From the NCBI GenBank assembly GCA_965216875.1, contig OZ244207.1:3520001-3584000 (forward strand): a stretch of 64,000 bases of DNA, read 5' to 3'. The translations under genes and the position numbers were made by a program. Every line of letters starts with the position of its first letter. Positions within the stretch are counted from its first letter, which is position 1. The notes beneath the pieces are model-generated. The model was not told the origin of the DNA. It worked only from the letters and a program-made list of their open reading frames with translations, and made no database searches. This DNA comes from Rubripirellula sp. (GTDB lineage Bacteria > Planctomycetota > Planctomycetia > Pirellulales > Pirellulaceae). Below, piece by piece: positions 19,614 to 29,542 of the stretch.

Positions 19614-19702
19614 GGGTAACGGCCGCCATCACCGAGCCCGGCCAATGTGGTTTCGATTTGTAATCGCCCCATGCCTTGCTCCGGTGCATGACATGGTTAT
19701 CC
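19614..19702 (-). repeat. attC-like site
   Basis: gggtaac..catcaccgagc...gctccggtgcatg..gttatcc, 89 bp. Confidence 0.9.
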
Positions 19703-19705
19703 GCG

Positions 19706-20269
19706 TCATGATTCGAGTATGCGTTCAAGTTCTTCTCTGCGGTCAAGCAACGGAAGAACGCGTTTGCGAAAGTAACGCAAAGTGCGATCATCCAGCTTAA
19801 ACGATCCGCGCAGCATATTACATAACGTCTCGGAATGCTCGTTAATGTACGAAAGCGCGGCCTGGCCATGATCTTTCCGTTGCTCACGATGAAGCCGGAT
19901 TGCGACGTTCAACACGCCTGGACAACATGTGTAGGATCGAGGGAATGCCAATCCACACTTCTCGCACCAATTTACGCCGGCGGGTAAGTATGCGACGCAG
20001 AATACGCCGAGCGCCTCATCACTCGGAATGCTCGGAACAATGTCGTGGAATTCGTGACCAACGCGATCGGAACTGTGGCGAAACAATTCCGTCCCGCATT
20101 GGGAACAACGACCGCCGTTAGAAGTGTACTCGGCAGATTGGAACGATCCGCCACAGACCGAACAGATCGAGCAGACAGGGTAAAGCGCTTCGTACTCGCG
20201 ACGCTCGTCGAGTGTGGCTGTCCCGTCCAAGAGTCTGGTCGCGAGTTGAGTGGCCCGTTCAGTCGGCAT
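19706..20269 (-). CDS. Cys-rich (Zn-finger-like) hypothetical protein (cassette)
   Basis: CSICSVC, CSQC, CEKC and CCP motifs. Confidence 0.6.
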   Translation of the reverse strand: MPTERATQLATRLLDGTATLDERREYEALYPVCSICSVCGGSFQSAEYTSNGGRCSQCGTELFRHSSDRVGHEFHDIVPSIPSDEALGVFCVAYLPAGVNWCEKCGLAFPRSYTCCPGVLNVAIRLHREQRKDHGQAALSYINEHSETLCNMLRGSFKLDDRTLRYFRKRVLPLLDRREELERILES

Positions 20270-20280
20270 CTATCTTGTTC

Positions 20281-20370
20281 GCATAACGTCACAAATCACA
20301 CGGCGGCGACGAAAATCGTGATTTCAAAACAGACTCGGCTTCGCCGCTCGTGTGCATTCGATGGTTATCC
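20281..20370 (-). repeat. attC-like site
   Basis: gcataac..aatcacacggcggcga...tcgccgctcgtgtgcatt..gttatcc, 90 bp. Confidence 0.9.
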
Positions 20371-20760
20371 GTCTTTGTCCGAGTTGATGCACGTCTGTTC
20401 CTGCGGTCGACCGAAGCGCACACCAAAAACCACAGTAACAACGCCGAGAGGAATAGCCAATCCGAATAATGGTGAGAGGGCTGGGATCGAAACCCCAAGC
20501 CCAAGCGCGGCACAAAGATGTGCACTAGGACTGCGAAACAATTGTACCGAGCCGATGATGGTAGCTGCACTCAGTAGGACGCCGGCGAGATGTACGAATA
20601 GTCCAATTGCGTGGGCTCCTTGAGTCGAGACAATTTCGATGTTGCGGAGGGCGACAGCGAAGCCAGCCGTGTTTCGAGAGTAAACGACCCAGAAGCCGCC
20701 AAGATGAGCCAACAGACCAAGCACGGCAGTCATCAAAATCGCAACGGAAATAATCCTCAT
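20365..20760 (-). CDS. Membrane protein (cassette)
   Basis: About four hydrophobic segments; stop in the attC box. Confidence 0.6.
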   Translation of the reverse strand: MRIISVAILMTAVLGLLAHLGGFWVVYSRNTAGFAVALRNIEIVSTQGAHAIGLFVHLAGVLLSAATIIGSVQLFRSPSAHLCAALGLGVSIPALSPLFGLAIPLGVVTVVFGVRFGRPQEQTCINSDKDG

Positions 20761-20856
20761 GACGATCAGGCGGTAAGTGGAATCGAGCGTACTATTCTGA
20801 CCATGTCACGAACGGAGCTTGGAAAACGATGAGCCGTTCAATACTCACGCGCGAAC

Positions 20857-20946
20857 GGATAACGACTAGGATCAGCGGTGACCGGGAGTTCAGCATCCAT
20901 TCGTGAAAGCTGGCCACCGGTCCTCAGGTGCATCCGAGGGTTATCC
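20857..20946 (-). repeat. attC-like site
   Basis: ggataac..ggatcagc...gtgcatcc..gttatcc, 90 bp, with perfectly complementary end boxes. Confidence 0.9.
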
Positions 20947-21540
20947 AATATGCCCAACGCACTCCTCGAACAAATTGCAATACTCAGGGATCAGCGAGAC
21001 AGTTCGATCGTTCCATTCTTCAGCAAAGCTCGCCGTGAAAGTATGCCAAAGACTGTCGTCTTCAAACTTTTTGTAATACGCGGGACGCCAGTACTCAACG
21101 GGCGATGCCTCGACGAATAGTGATTGCGTCACTGCAAAACGGAAAAAGTCAAATCGAAAGGAGGCAGTACTGCGAGCCGCAACGCTCGGAGTGTAAAAAT
21201 CGTATCGAATGACGCCCAGGATCTCGGGTTCCGAATCATGAAGATGACGTTGTTGCTCGATTGCACTCTTCAAATCGGGGTTTGCATCCAGCACTTGTGG
21301 CGGGCGGATGGACAACTTCGTCGTTGCGAAGTGACCGTCGCCATGCCACTGTAGTTTTTTGCCGAACCCCAATGCGAATCTCTCGACTTCGGAAACGACC
21401 TGGGAGTCAATCGGGTATTCCAACCTGTCCCATATTCGACGCACGCAAGCAACCGCGAAAAGGCGTAGCGGGTTATCGGGAACTGTCCCATGTACCGCAT
21501 CGAGCAGTTGTCCAAGCGGAGAAGACGAAATGGGAAGCAT
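20941..21540 (-). CDS. Hypothetical protein (cassette 2)
   Basis: LRLFAVACVRRIW motif recalls expanded planctomycete families; stop in the attC box. Confidence 0.6.
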   Translation of the reverse strand: MLPISSSPLGQLLDAVHGTVPDNPLRLFAVACVRRIWDRLEYPIDSQVVSEVERFALGFGKKLQWHGDGHFATTKLSIRPPQVLDANPDLKSAIEQQRHLHDSEPEILGVIRYDFYTPSVAARSTASFRFDFFRFAVTQSLFVEASPVEYWRPAYYKKFEDDSLWHTFTASFAEEWNDRTVSLIPEYCNLFEECVGHIG

Positions 21541-21596
21541 GTGAGTACTCTTGTTTACCGCAAACCCAGATTTCAGCGACGAGCACGACTCTCATC

Positions 21597-21688
21597 GGAT
21601 AACGGCCCGGCATCACGGGGCACGAAGAGTTGACTATCCATTGGGAATAACGACGCAAGCCGTGCTCCCGTGCATGTCATTGTTCTGC
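21597..21688 (-). repeat. attC-like site of the first cassette
   Basis: ggataac..gcatcacggggcacg...cgtgctcccgtgcatgt..gttctgc, 92 bp. Confidence 0.9.
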
Positions 21689-22168
21689 TCGTTCTTCTGA
21701 CCGGATGAGCTTCGCAAGTCGGTCAATCGTAGATCGAGACGAAAATGTGGCCAGGAAATCGTCTAAGAGCGTCGGGGCAACGTCCGCGTCAATTGTAGTG
21801 TAGTCGCCATCCGAAATTTGAATCAATTTCTGGGAGGCGGGCAGCTCGACAATGCGATCCTTCAGTTCGATCGTTGCAGAGGATTCGTAGTCACTGCCGG
21901 ACGAGGTGACAGTGAAAAGAGACGTCAGTTCCCGTCGTACAGAAAGTCGTTCTATGACAACAAAGTCAACGGTGTCCAAGGTTGGGTCATGCTTGTGCCG
22001 CCTAATCCCGGTGTGAATCATTGCAATCCCGTTTGCATCGCTTGTGGATCGCGTAGTGATGTCTCGCGGGTGGAACGGTTGATACGGATTGTTTGCGATG
22101 TAGATCGCAGCAACTGCGGTCAACATTAGCAGTGAAGCAATCGAGAACCGGAACCGATGCAATTTCAT
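21677..22168 (-). CDS. Membrane-anchored hypothetical protein (cassette 1)
   Basis: Planctomycete-type RFSIASLLMLTAVAA N-terminus; ends inside attC. Confidence 0.65.
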   Translation of the reverse strand: MKLHRFRFSIASLLMLTAVAAIYIANNPYQPFHPRDITTRSTSDANGIAMIHTGIRRHKHDPTLDTVDFVVIERLSVRRELTSLFTVTSSGSDYESSATIELKDRIVELPASQKLIQISDGDYTTIDADVAPTLLDDFLATFSSRSTIDRLAKLIRSEERAEQ

Positions 22169-22174
22169 TGCGTA

Positions 22175-22194
22175 GCAGAATTTATCTATTAGCT
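22175..22194 (-). other. Putative attI simple site (AGCTAAT-AGATAA-A/TTCTGC)
   Basis: TTCTGC just upstream of ORF1 is complementary to the GCAGAA of cassette 1's own attC end box; no attC hairpin lies upstream. Confidence 0.6.
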
Positions 22195-22203
22195 GTTGAA
22201 CGG

Positions 22204-22343
22204 GTGAGAATACGGCGTGCTGGCTGTTCTCACTGGGTGGACCTTCGGTACGGTCGGTGACACGCGCCTTGATCCTCGTATTCTCACTTGTCGCTCCAGT
22301 ATTCTCACCGGTTAGGTGGCAACCACTCTGGGGGCATTCTCAC
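22204..22343. promoter_or_regulatory. Five copies of a GTGAGAATAC-like motif (putative protein-binding sites)
   Basis: 22204-22213 (+); 22225-22233, 22278-22287, 22299-22308 and 22334-22343 (-). Confidence 0.65.
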
Positions 22344-22364
22344 CGTCGGCCTTTGGGTTGTCAA
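22336..22364 (-). promoter_or_regulatory. Putative cassette promoter Pc (sigma70-type)
   Basis: TTGACA (22364-22359), 17-bp spacer, GAGAAT (22341-22336), pointing into the array. Confidence 0.6.
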
Positions 22365-22539
22365 ATTTTGAATCGCTTCCTGTGAATAGGGGTGTCGCGG
22401 TATCGGAGTCAATCACCGCGAATGGGGCATGTTCTTATGCCGCTTTTTGAGCGAGAGGGACGCAAGGATCGCGACTCAAAATGGGCGAAGATTTGGTTTG
22501 GCAAGCTCGCGAGATGCCACAACAAGGAAGAGTGTCCTG

Positions 22540-23510
22540 GGGAATGATTGGCCACGAAAACGCAAGAAGACACAAAAGGAAGAACGTCGCGATTCGTGTG
22601 CTGGGCTTCTTGTGCTTTTTTGTGTTTCTTGTGGCTAACTCATTGGGCAAAAAAGAGAAACCACGAATTGAACGAATGACACGAATGGGGTTAGCGGGAG
22701 GACGAGGCTCCTGCAGAGATTCCTGGGGAATGGGTGGCCACGAAAAACGCAAGAAGACACAAAAGGGAAGGGTGGGGCCCGGCCGCATAGGCGTTCGCGG
22801 ATCACTGAGGTTCGACCACCTTCTGGCGAAGGTAGCTACGGATGCGCGAGTGTATTTAGGGCTCAGGGATTGTGCCGGATCGGTGTCGCTTTCGCTCCTT
22901 GATGCCGGCCTACAACTACGGATAGGTGAGTAAGAATAGGGCCCGCGGCTAGCGCCGTCGGCTCAGGGGTTGGGTGCCGAGATTCTTGTGGGAAGACTGG
23001 CCACGAGATACACGAGGAGACACAGGTATTCTTGCGATGGGCTTTTTGTGCTTTTTCGTGTTTCTTGTGGCTAACTCATTGGGCAAAAAAGAGAAACCAC
23101 GAATCGAACGAATGACACGAATGGGGTTAGCGGGAGAGCGAGGCTCCTGTAGAGAGTCCTGGGGATTGGGTGGCCACGAAAAACACGAGAAGACACAAAA
23201 GGGAAGGGTGGGGCCCGGCCGCTTATGCGTTCGCGGCTCACTGGGATTCGACCACCTTCTGGCGAAGGTAGCTACGGGTGCGCGAGGAGAAGCAAGGCCC
23301 GCGGCTAGCGCCGTCGGCTCAGGAGGGTGGGTAAAGAGAGGATAGGGTCCGGCCGCTTACGCGTTCGCGGCTCACTGGGATTCGACCACCTTCTGGCGAA
23401 GGTAGCTACGGATGCGCGAGGAAATGTAGGGCCCGCGGCTAGCGCCGTCGGCTCAGGAGCGTGGGCAGAGAGGGGGTAGGGCCCGCGGCTAGCGCCTTCG
23501 GCTCAGGTGT
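22540..23510. repeat. Mosaic of REP-like repeats including a direct duplication of about 250 bp (22603-22850 / 23038-23286)
   Basis: ccaccttctggcgaaggtagctac x3, ggcccgcggctagcgcc.tcggctcagg x4, ggccacga...gacaca x4. Confidence 0.85.
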
Positions 23511-23537
23511 GTGGGTGATGCGCTTGGTCGTGCCGGC

Positions 23538-23657
23538 CTACGCCTTGCTCTCGGATTTCTTGACGATGAAGACGACGATCGCCGCGATCGCCACTGGTAC
23601 TGCGACGAATGAAATCGCCACCGCGGCGATGATCACCAATTCTAGCGGTCCAGGCAT
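23538..23657 (-). CDS. 39-aa small membrane protein (not in the ORF track)
   Basis: MPGPLELVIIAAVAISFVAVPVAIAAIVVFIVKKSESKA*, with GGAG 6 nt before the ATG. Confidence 0.6.
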   Translation of the reverse strand: MPGPLELVIIAAVAISFVAVPVAIAAIVVFIVKKSESKA

Positions 23658-23821
23658 GACATACTCCAAGTAGTTCGTAGGGAAGTCGACCCGTCTGTAG
23701 CTACATTCGCTCGAAGGTAGCTACTCTTGTGTTGGGTGAGTCAGAAACCGGAAGATTCCGGCGAAAGCTCGGTACCACGAACAGTCAGAAGATTCCGGCT
23801 AAAGCTCGGTACTACAAACGG

Positions 23822-25081
23822 CTATTCTTCGTCCGATGCGGCCTCTTCGGCATCGCCTTCGGATTCACCAGCGTCCGCTGTCTCTTCTTCCTTCTCTTCG
23901 ATTGGCGGCCCAAGCTGCTCCTCGAGCAATTCATCAAGGGCACGTCCTCGCGCGCGGAGCGAAAGCACTTTGCCGTCTTTGTCGACGAGGATCGCCGTTG
24001 GGATTCCCGAAACGCCATAGTAGGTTGCCAGTGGATGATCCCATCCCTTCTCGCCATCCTTTTCGGACCGCAGATTCACCCAATCAATTTCGCGATCTTT
24101 GACCAGCTTCTGGTAAGCGCCTTCACGATCATCCAGGTTGACGCCGACGATCGCGAACCCTTTTTCGCCATAGCCCTTCAAGGCGCGTTTCATGTTCGGG
24201 ATCTCTGCCAAACAAGGACCGCACCAGCTTGCCCAAAAGTCCACCAGGACCACCTTGCCACGGTAAGCACTCCAATCAAACTCATCGCCATCGGCGGTGG
24301 TGCCCATGACTTCCATGAAGTTGCCGGGCAGACGCAAACGCCGCGCGGCGCCAAGCATCTTGGGTGCACGGGTCTTGATTTGTTTGTCTTCCGAAGCTTC
24401 CATCCACGACGACATTTCTTCGTAAAGCTCGGCAGCGATTTCGGTGTTGTCGGTGTAACCGATCGAGCGAGCCAAACCTGCCGCCAGCCCATAGCCGTCG
24501 CGATCCAATTTGCCGTCGACCAATTCACGCAGTTCCGAAACGAGCTCTCTTTGACCATCGGCATCGAGCTGTGCGACCGTCATCACCTTTGCTTCGAAGA
24601 GAACAAACTTGGCCCGACGCGCGATCGCCTCTTTTGGATGCTCGAGCAGTTCCTTGGCGAGGTCCTGCAGTTTTTGTCGCGACTCTCTCTCGTAACGCGA
24701 CAACATTTTGAGTGCGCCGAGCTGATCGGTGATCGCCTGCTCTTCCTGTTCGTCGGTCAAACCATCCGCACCACGCATCGCGACCGCACCCTCAATGATC
24801 GCATTTTGCATCTTCTTGAAATCGGGAAGCGACCGAGGACGCATCTTCTTGATGCCAGAGATAAACTCACCCAACTCTTCAACCGAGGCACCCTCGGGCA
24901 CCTTGTAAGGATCCACCTCTTCCTCAGGCTTCTCGTCTTTGGCTTCGGCTGCTGCCTCTTCGCCGGCGTCGGTCGCCTCCTGGCTCCATACAGACATAGG
25001 CGTCAAAGAGAAAACGAACACTGCTGCTGAAAGCACCAGCAGACAGCGCATGGTGTGATGGAACGAAAGGAGGGATTTCAT
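23822..25081 (-). CDS. TlpA/ResA-type thiol-disulfide oxidoreductase with long helical N-terminal region
   Basis: GKVVLVDFWASWCGPC motif and GIPTAILVD; signal peptide. Confidence 0.9.
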   Translation of the reverse strand: MKSLLSFHHTMRCLLVLSAAVFVFSLTPMSVWSQEATDAGEEAAAEAKDEKPEEEVDPYKVPEGASVEELGEFISGIKKMRPRSLPDFKKMQNAIIEGAVAMRGADGLTDEQEEQAITDQLGALKMLSRYERESRQKLQDLAKELLEHPKEAIARRAKFVLFEAKVMTVAQLDADGQRELVSELRELVDGKLDRDGYGLAAGLARSIGYTDNTEIAAELYEEMSSWMEASEDKQIKTRAPKMLGAARRLRLPGNFMEVMGTTADGDEFDWSAYRGKVVLVDFWASWCGPCLAEIPNMKRALKGYGEKGFAIVGVNLDDREGAYQKLVKDREIDWVNLRSEKDGEKGWDHPLATYYGVSGIPTAILVDKDGKVLSLRARGRALDELLEEQLGPPIEEKEEETADAGESEGDAEEAASDEE

Positions 25082-25217
25082 CGACAAAACCTTGGAGAGT
25101 GTTTTGGAGCCAAACGATTTAGGTGGGTTTGTACCGCCAGAGCGATTTTGCAATTTACCACCCGCGAGAACCGGCCGCAAATTTCAGCATCAAAGGCGCC
25201 GTGGCCGAGTGTTTTTT

Positions 25218-25420
25218 GTAGTGGACGAGGCTACGAGTCCTCAGTTTTTAGTCGAGGACGTTGCATGTTTCGCGATTGGCGGCGAATCGAGAGGTGCGAA
25301 TGGCCTCGTAAGGATGCCGGGAAGAGGTAGAGGTAGAGTGAGGAAGAGGGACTCGTGGCCTCGTCCACTACGGAGATGGAGGAACGGATGAGGAGGGACT
25401 CGTGGCCTCGTCCACTGCGG
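25218..25420. repeat. GTAG-type REP cluster (gtagtggacgaggc.acgagtcc x3)
   Basis: One plus-strand copy at about 25218 and two inverted copies at about 25346 and 25393. Confidence 0.7.
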
Positions 25421-25428
25421 AGGATGCG

Positions 25429-26049
25429 TTACTTTTCGCTGGCGTTGTAGATTGCTGGATTGAGCGAGGGGTCGTTGTACATCTTCATTTGCCGGTAGGT
25501 CTTGTGCTGTTTCTTTCCGGCAAAGATGGCGTCGATCAATTCCTGCAGCGATTGTGACAAGTCAGCATGTTGCTGCTGGCAAAGCGCAATACGATCGGCA
25601 ACCTTTTGCCTATGCTCGGCGTCGGCGTCAGCGCGATCGTGCTGTTCTTGGTAGTGATAAAGGCGAAGCGACATGATCGACAGGCGATCGATGGCACTAC
25701 CAGGAGTCTCGGTGTTGATCGGTGCGCCGTCGGCAGGGGTGATCCCGCCCGCATCAAGAACTTCGGTCAACGCATCATCGACCTTTTCGATCATGTCATT
25801 GCGTTGCTGATTGAGCTTGTCGATCGCGCGCTTGACATTGGCGATCTCTTCGTCCGTTGCCGAAGGACTGCGCGCCGTATCCTCTTCGTGCCAAAGACGG
25901 TAATTGAACTCGTGCTGCTTACAAACGAGTTGCTTGAAGCCGTCGTACTCGTTAGCGATCGGTTGCTGATGCCACAACGCGACGGTATCGATTTGCAGCT
26001 GGGTCAATTCGCTGACGGGTGGGATACTGGATGCCGCCGACATCATCAA
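25429..26049 (-). CDS. DUF4254-domain protein
   Basis: LWHEEDTAR, KRAIDKLNQQRND, TETPGSAIDRLSI and YRQMKMYNDP motifs. Confidence 0.8.
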   Translation of the reverse strand: MMMSAASSIPPVSELTQLQIDTVALWHQQPIANEYDGFKQLVCKQHEFNYRLWHEEDTARSPSATDEEIANVKRAIDKLNQQRNDMIEKVDDALTEVLDAGGITPADGAPINTETPGSAIDRLSIMSLRLYHYQEQHDRADADAEHRQKVADRIALCQQQHADLSQSLQELIDAIFAGKKQHKTYRQMKMYNDPSLNPAIYNASEK

Positions 26050-26197
26050 ACTCCGTTTTGGATGGGAAAGCTGATCGCCTACTTGGGCAGCCAGATCATC
26101 AAGCGGCCCAAAGCGTTACCCGTAAAAGTATATCGGCGGCCGAGGGCCGCCGATACAAGTCATTCAAATGGGGGCCACCAAGTGGCCAGAGCCGGAT

Positions 26198-27205
<1,008 letters not shown>

Positions 27206-27344
27206 GAATGAAGTATCTTTGTTTGAGTGTTGAGAGGGACGTGAGAGGCCGAGCGATCAGGCCTCTCGATGGAGCGTGTTTGGTCAGATCGATCGATGTC
27301 GACCGGCAGCGGGACTGCCGTCGTATTCCCGAGATGACAGCAGC

Positions 27345-27884
27345 TTAGGAGACGGCGCGGACGACCGCTTCACCAGCTGTTGATGGGGCGGCGGCACCTC
27401 GGACCATTGCAATCCGGCCAGTACGAACCAGCTCGGTGATGCCATAGGGGCGCATCCGTTCGATGAAGGCTTGGACCTTGTTTTCGCGGCCCGAGATTTC
27501 GATCATCACTTCCTCGGGACCAACATCAACAATGCGGCCACGGAAGATCTCGACAAGCTCACGGATCTCGCTGCGTGAGTTGCCAGCCGGAGCCTTCACT
27601 TTCATGAGCAATAGATCTCGCTCGACAAAATCACGGCTGCTGACGTCCAACACGCGAACCACCGTGACAATCTTTTCCAACTGTTTGCCGACTTGTTCCA
27701 AGACACTGTCGTCACCGACGACGACAAAGGTCATCCGAGAGAGATGGGGATCCTCGGTTTCACCGACCGCGAGCGAGTCGATGTTGAAGCCTCGCGAGGC
27801 AAGCATGCCGGAAATATGAGCCAGCACACCCGGCACGTTCTGGACGAGGGCCGAGAGAACGTGTCGTTGGTTGGGGTTGGACAT
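27345..27884 (-). CDS. ilvN: Acetolactate synthase small (regulatory) subunit
   Basis: ACT domain RGFNIDSLAVG and ELVRTG motif; adjacent to ilvC. Confidence 0.95.
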   Translation of the reverse strand: MSNPNQRHVLSALVQNVPGVLAHISGMLASRGFNIDSLAVGETEDPHLSRMTFVVVGDDSVLEQVGKQLEKIVTVVRVLDVSSRDFVERDLLLMKVKAPAGNSRSEIRELVEIFRGRIVDVGPEEVMIEISGRENKVQAFIERMRPYGITELVRTGRIAMVRGAAAPSTAGEAVVRAVS

Positions 27885-28362
27885 TAGTGGGCTTGTCAGA
27901 AATCAGTTTGAGGGAAAGTTCGAAGAACGTCGCGAAGCATGATAATTTTGGGACCCAAATCCAACAAGGTGCAGCCTTTAGGGCCAACCGGATTTGAGCC
28001 GATCGTCATGTCGCGCCGACGCGATTAGGGAGTCTGGAGAAGCCGAAAGGTTCGCTCCCGCCGAGCACCATGACGTCCCGAATCGGACAGGTGAAAACCG
28101 ACCTGCCGCAGCTTGATCCCACGGCCTGGCAGAGGCTGGACCCTGGATCACCCCGTTGCAAGTAGGGCAAGGTGGCCAGAGCCACCGTTAGGCCGGCCGA
28201 CCCGGCGAAGCAGTCGCACGGAGAGGTCGCCCGCTTTTGCTGTCGTGTCTTGCCGGGGCCTCCGCCGACCGCTCCCGGATCCCAATTCCGCTGACAATTT
28301 CCAGCCCCAGCGCCTAGAATGGTCGTCATCCTGTTTTTTTCTGATCCCGTCCTAGGAACTCC

Positions 28363-29172
28363 ATGTCGGCCTTTCGAATCGAGCTGCCAGCCTACCGCGG
28401 CCCCATGGACCTGTTGCTCTACCTGGTCCGGCGTCACGAGGTCAGTTTGGGCGAAATGCCGATCGCCAAGATCGTCGACCAGTACGTCGAATACATCGAT
28501 GTCCTGCAAGAACTCGACCTCGGTGATGTGGCCGATTTCATCGACCTCGCCACAACGCTTGTCGAACTCAAGAGCCAGGCGGTCTTGCCCAAAGTGGTCG
28601 ACCCGTCCGAAGAGGAAGAGCAGATCGTCGACCCTCAGGACGAACTGGTCGAACGGCTGCTACAGTACCGCGAGATTCGCGACGCCGCCGCGGTGCTCGA
28701 CGAGATGGGTTCGCGTTGGCAACAGCGTTATGAGCGAATGTCCGACGACCTGCCCAAACGCCGTGTCGATATGGGTGACCAACCGATCGTCGATCTCGAG
28801 ATCTGGGACTTGGTCAGTGCCTTTGGCCGGATCATGCGTGAAGCGGCCGGCCCGCCGCAAACCGAAGTGATCTACGACGACACTCCGATCCACGTTTACA
28901 TGCAACGGATTCACACGCGTCTGGCCGACACCGATCGTTTCCCGTTGATCGACCTGATCGAAGGGGGCATCCACAAGTCGTCGCTGATTGGATGGTTCCT
29001 AGCCACACTCGAACTGACCCGTCACCACGGCGCCGTGGTCGAACAGAACGAACATGGTGACATCTTTGTCGTGCGTCCGCAAAACTATTCGGCCGACCTC
29101 GATGTGAACGAGGTCGACAATTACGGCACCGAAGAGTTTGACAAGGTCAACATGCCAGGTCGGCCAAGGTAG
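28363..29172 (+). CDS. scpA: Segregation and condensation protein A
   Basis: YRGPMDLLLYLV N-terminus and FLATLEL C-terminal winged-helix motif. Confidence 0.9.
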   Translation: MSAFRIELPAYRGPMDLLLYLVRRHEVSLGEMPIAKIVDQYVEYIDVLQELDLGDVADFIDLATTLVELKSQAVLPKVVDPSEEEEQIVDPQDELVERLLQYREIRDAAAVLDEMGSRWQQRYERMSDDLPKRRVDMGDQPIVDLEIWDLVSAFGRIMREAAGPPQTEVIYDDTPIHVYMQRIHTRLADTDRFPLIDLIEGGIHKSSLIGWFLATLELTRHHGAVVEQNEHGDIFVVRPQNYSADLDVNEVDNYGTEEFDKVNMPGRPR

Positions 29173-29179
29173 GTACGAC

Positions 29180-29520
29180 GAACGTAGCTACCTTCGCCAG
29201 AAGGTGGATCAAATGGGTGACCGCGCCCGCAGCACCACCACGCTCTAGCTTGGGGCCCGACGCTAGCGCGTGCGGCTCACGGGTGTGGTGCCATGTCGAA
29301 GATTCCGCCTGAAGGCGGTACTACGAACGTAGCTACCTTCGCCAGAAGGTGGAACAAATGGGTGACCGCGCCCGCAGCAGCACCACGCTCTGGCGAGCGT
29401 AGCTACAGTGACTCTTGAGCTTGGGGCCCGAGGCTAACGCGCTCGGCTCGCGGGTGGTGGCGTCATGTCGAAGATTCCGCCTGAAGGCGGTACTACGAAC
29501 GTGCTAGTGGGTTCGGCTCG
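29180..29520. repeat. REP mosaic with tandem duplication of about 145-170 bp
   Basis: gtagctaccttcgccagaaggtgg at 29184 and 29329; gattccgcctgaaggcggtactacgaac at 29301 and 29473. Confidence 0.85.
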
Positions 29521-29542
29521 CGGGTGTCATGCACAGCATGAC

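Larger units (their letters stand above)
1133..22194 (-). mobile_element. Integron-like gene-cassette array (about 30 cassettes) with putative attI and no adjacent integrase (CALIN-like)
   Basis: Co-oriented short minus-strand ORFs separated by about 90-bp imperfect palindromes bounded by NNNNAAC...GTTNNNN with inner ATCAC/GTGCAT boxes. Several ORFs end inside the site. The first 6 nt of many cassettes match the end box of their own downstream site. Confidence 0.88.

Noticed and set aside
1133..22194. CRISPR array or prophage as the explanation for the repeats and short ORFs
   Set aside because: The repeats are about 90 bp, divergent and separated by whole genes. No cas, capsid, terminase or other phage hallmark genes were recognised.
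22429..23345. ORFs 22481-22933, 22974-23345 and 22435-22788 as an integrase or duplicated genes
   Set aside because: They are translations of the repeat mosaic, with no tyrosine-recombinase R-H-R-Y motifs.
23729..25030. 433-aa plus-strand ORF
   Set aside because: Antisense shadow of the TlpA-like gene. The same applies to 26168-27211, 45601-46656 and 55218-56510.
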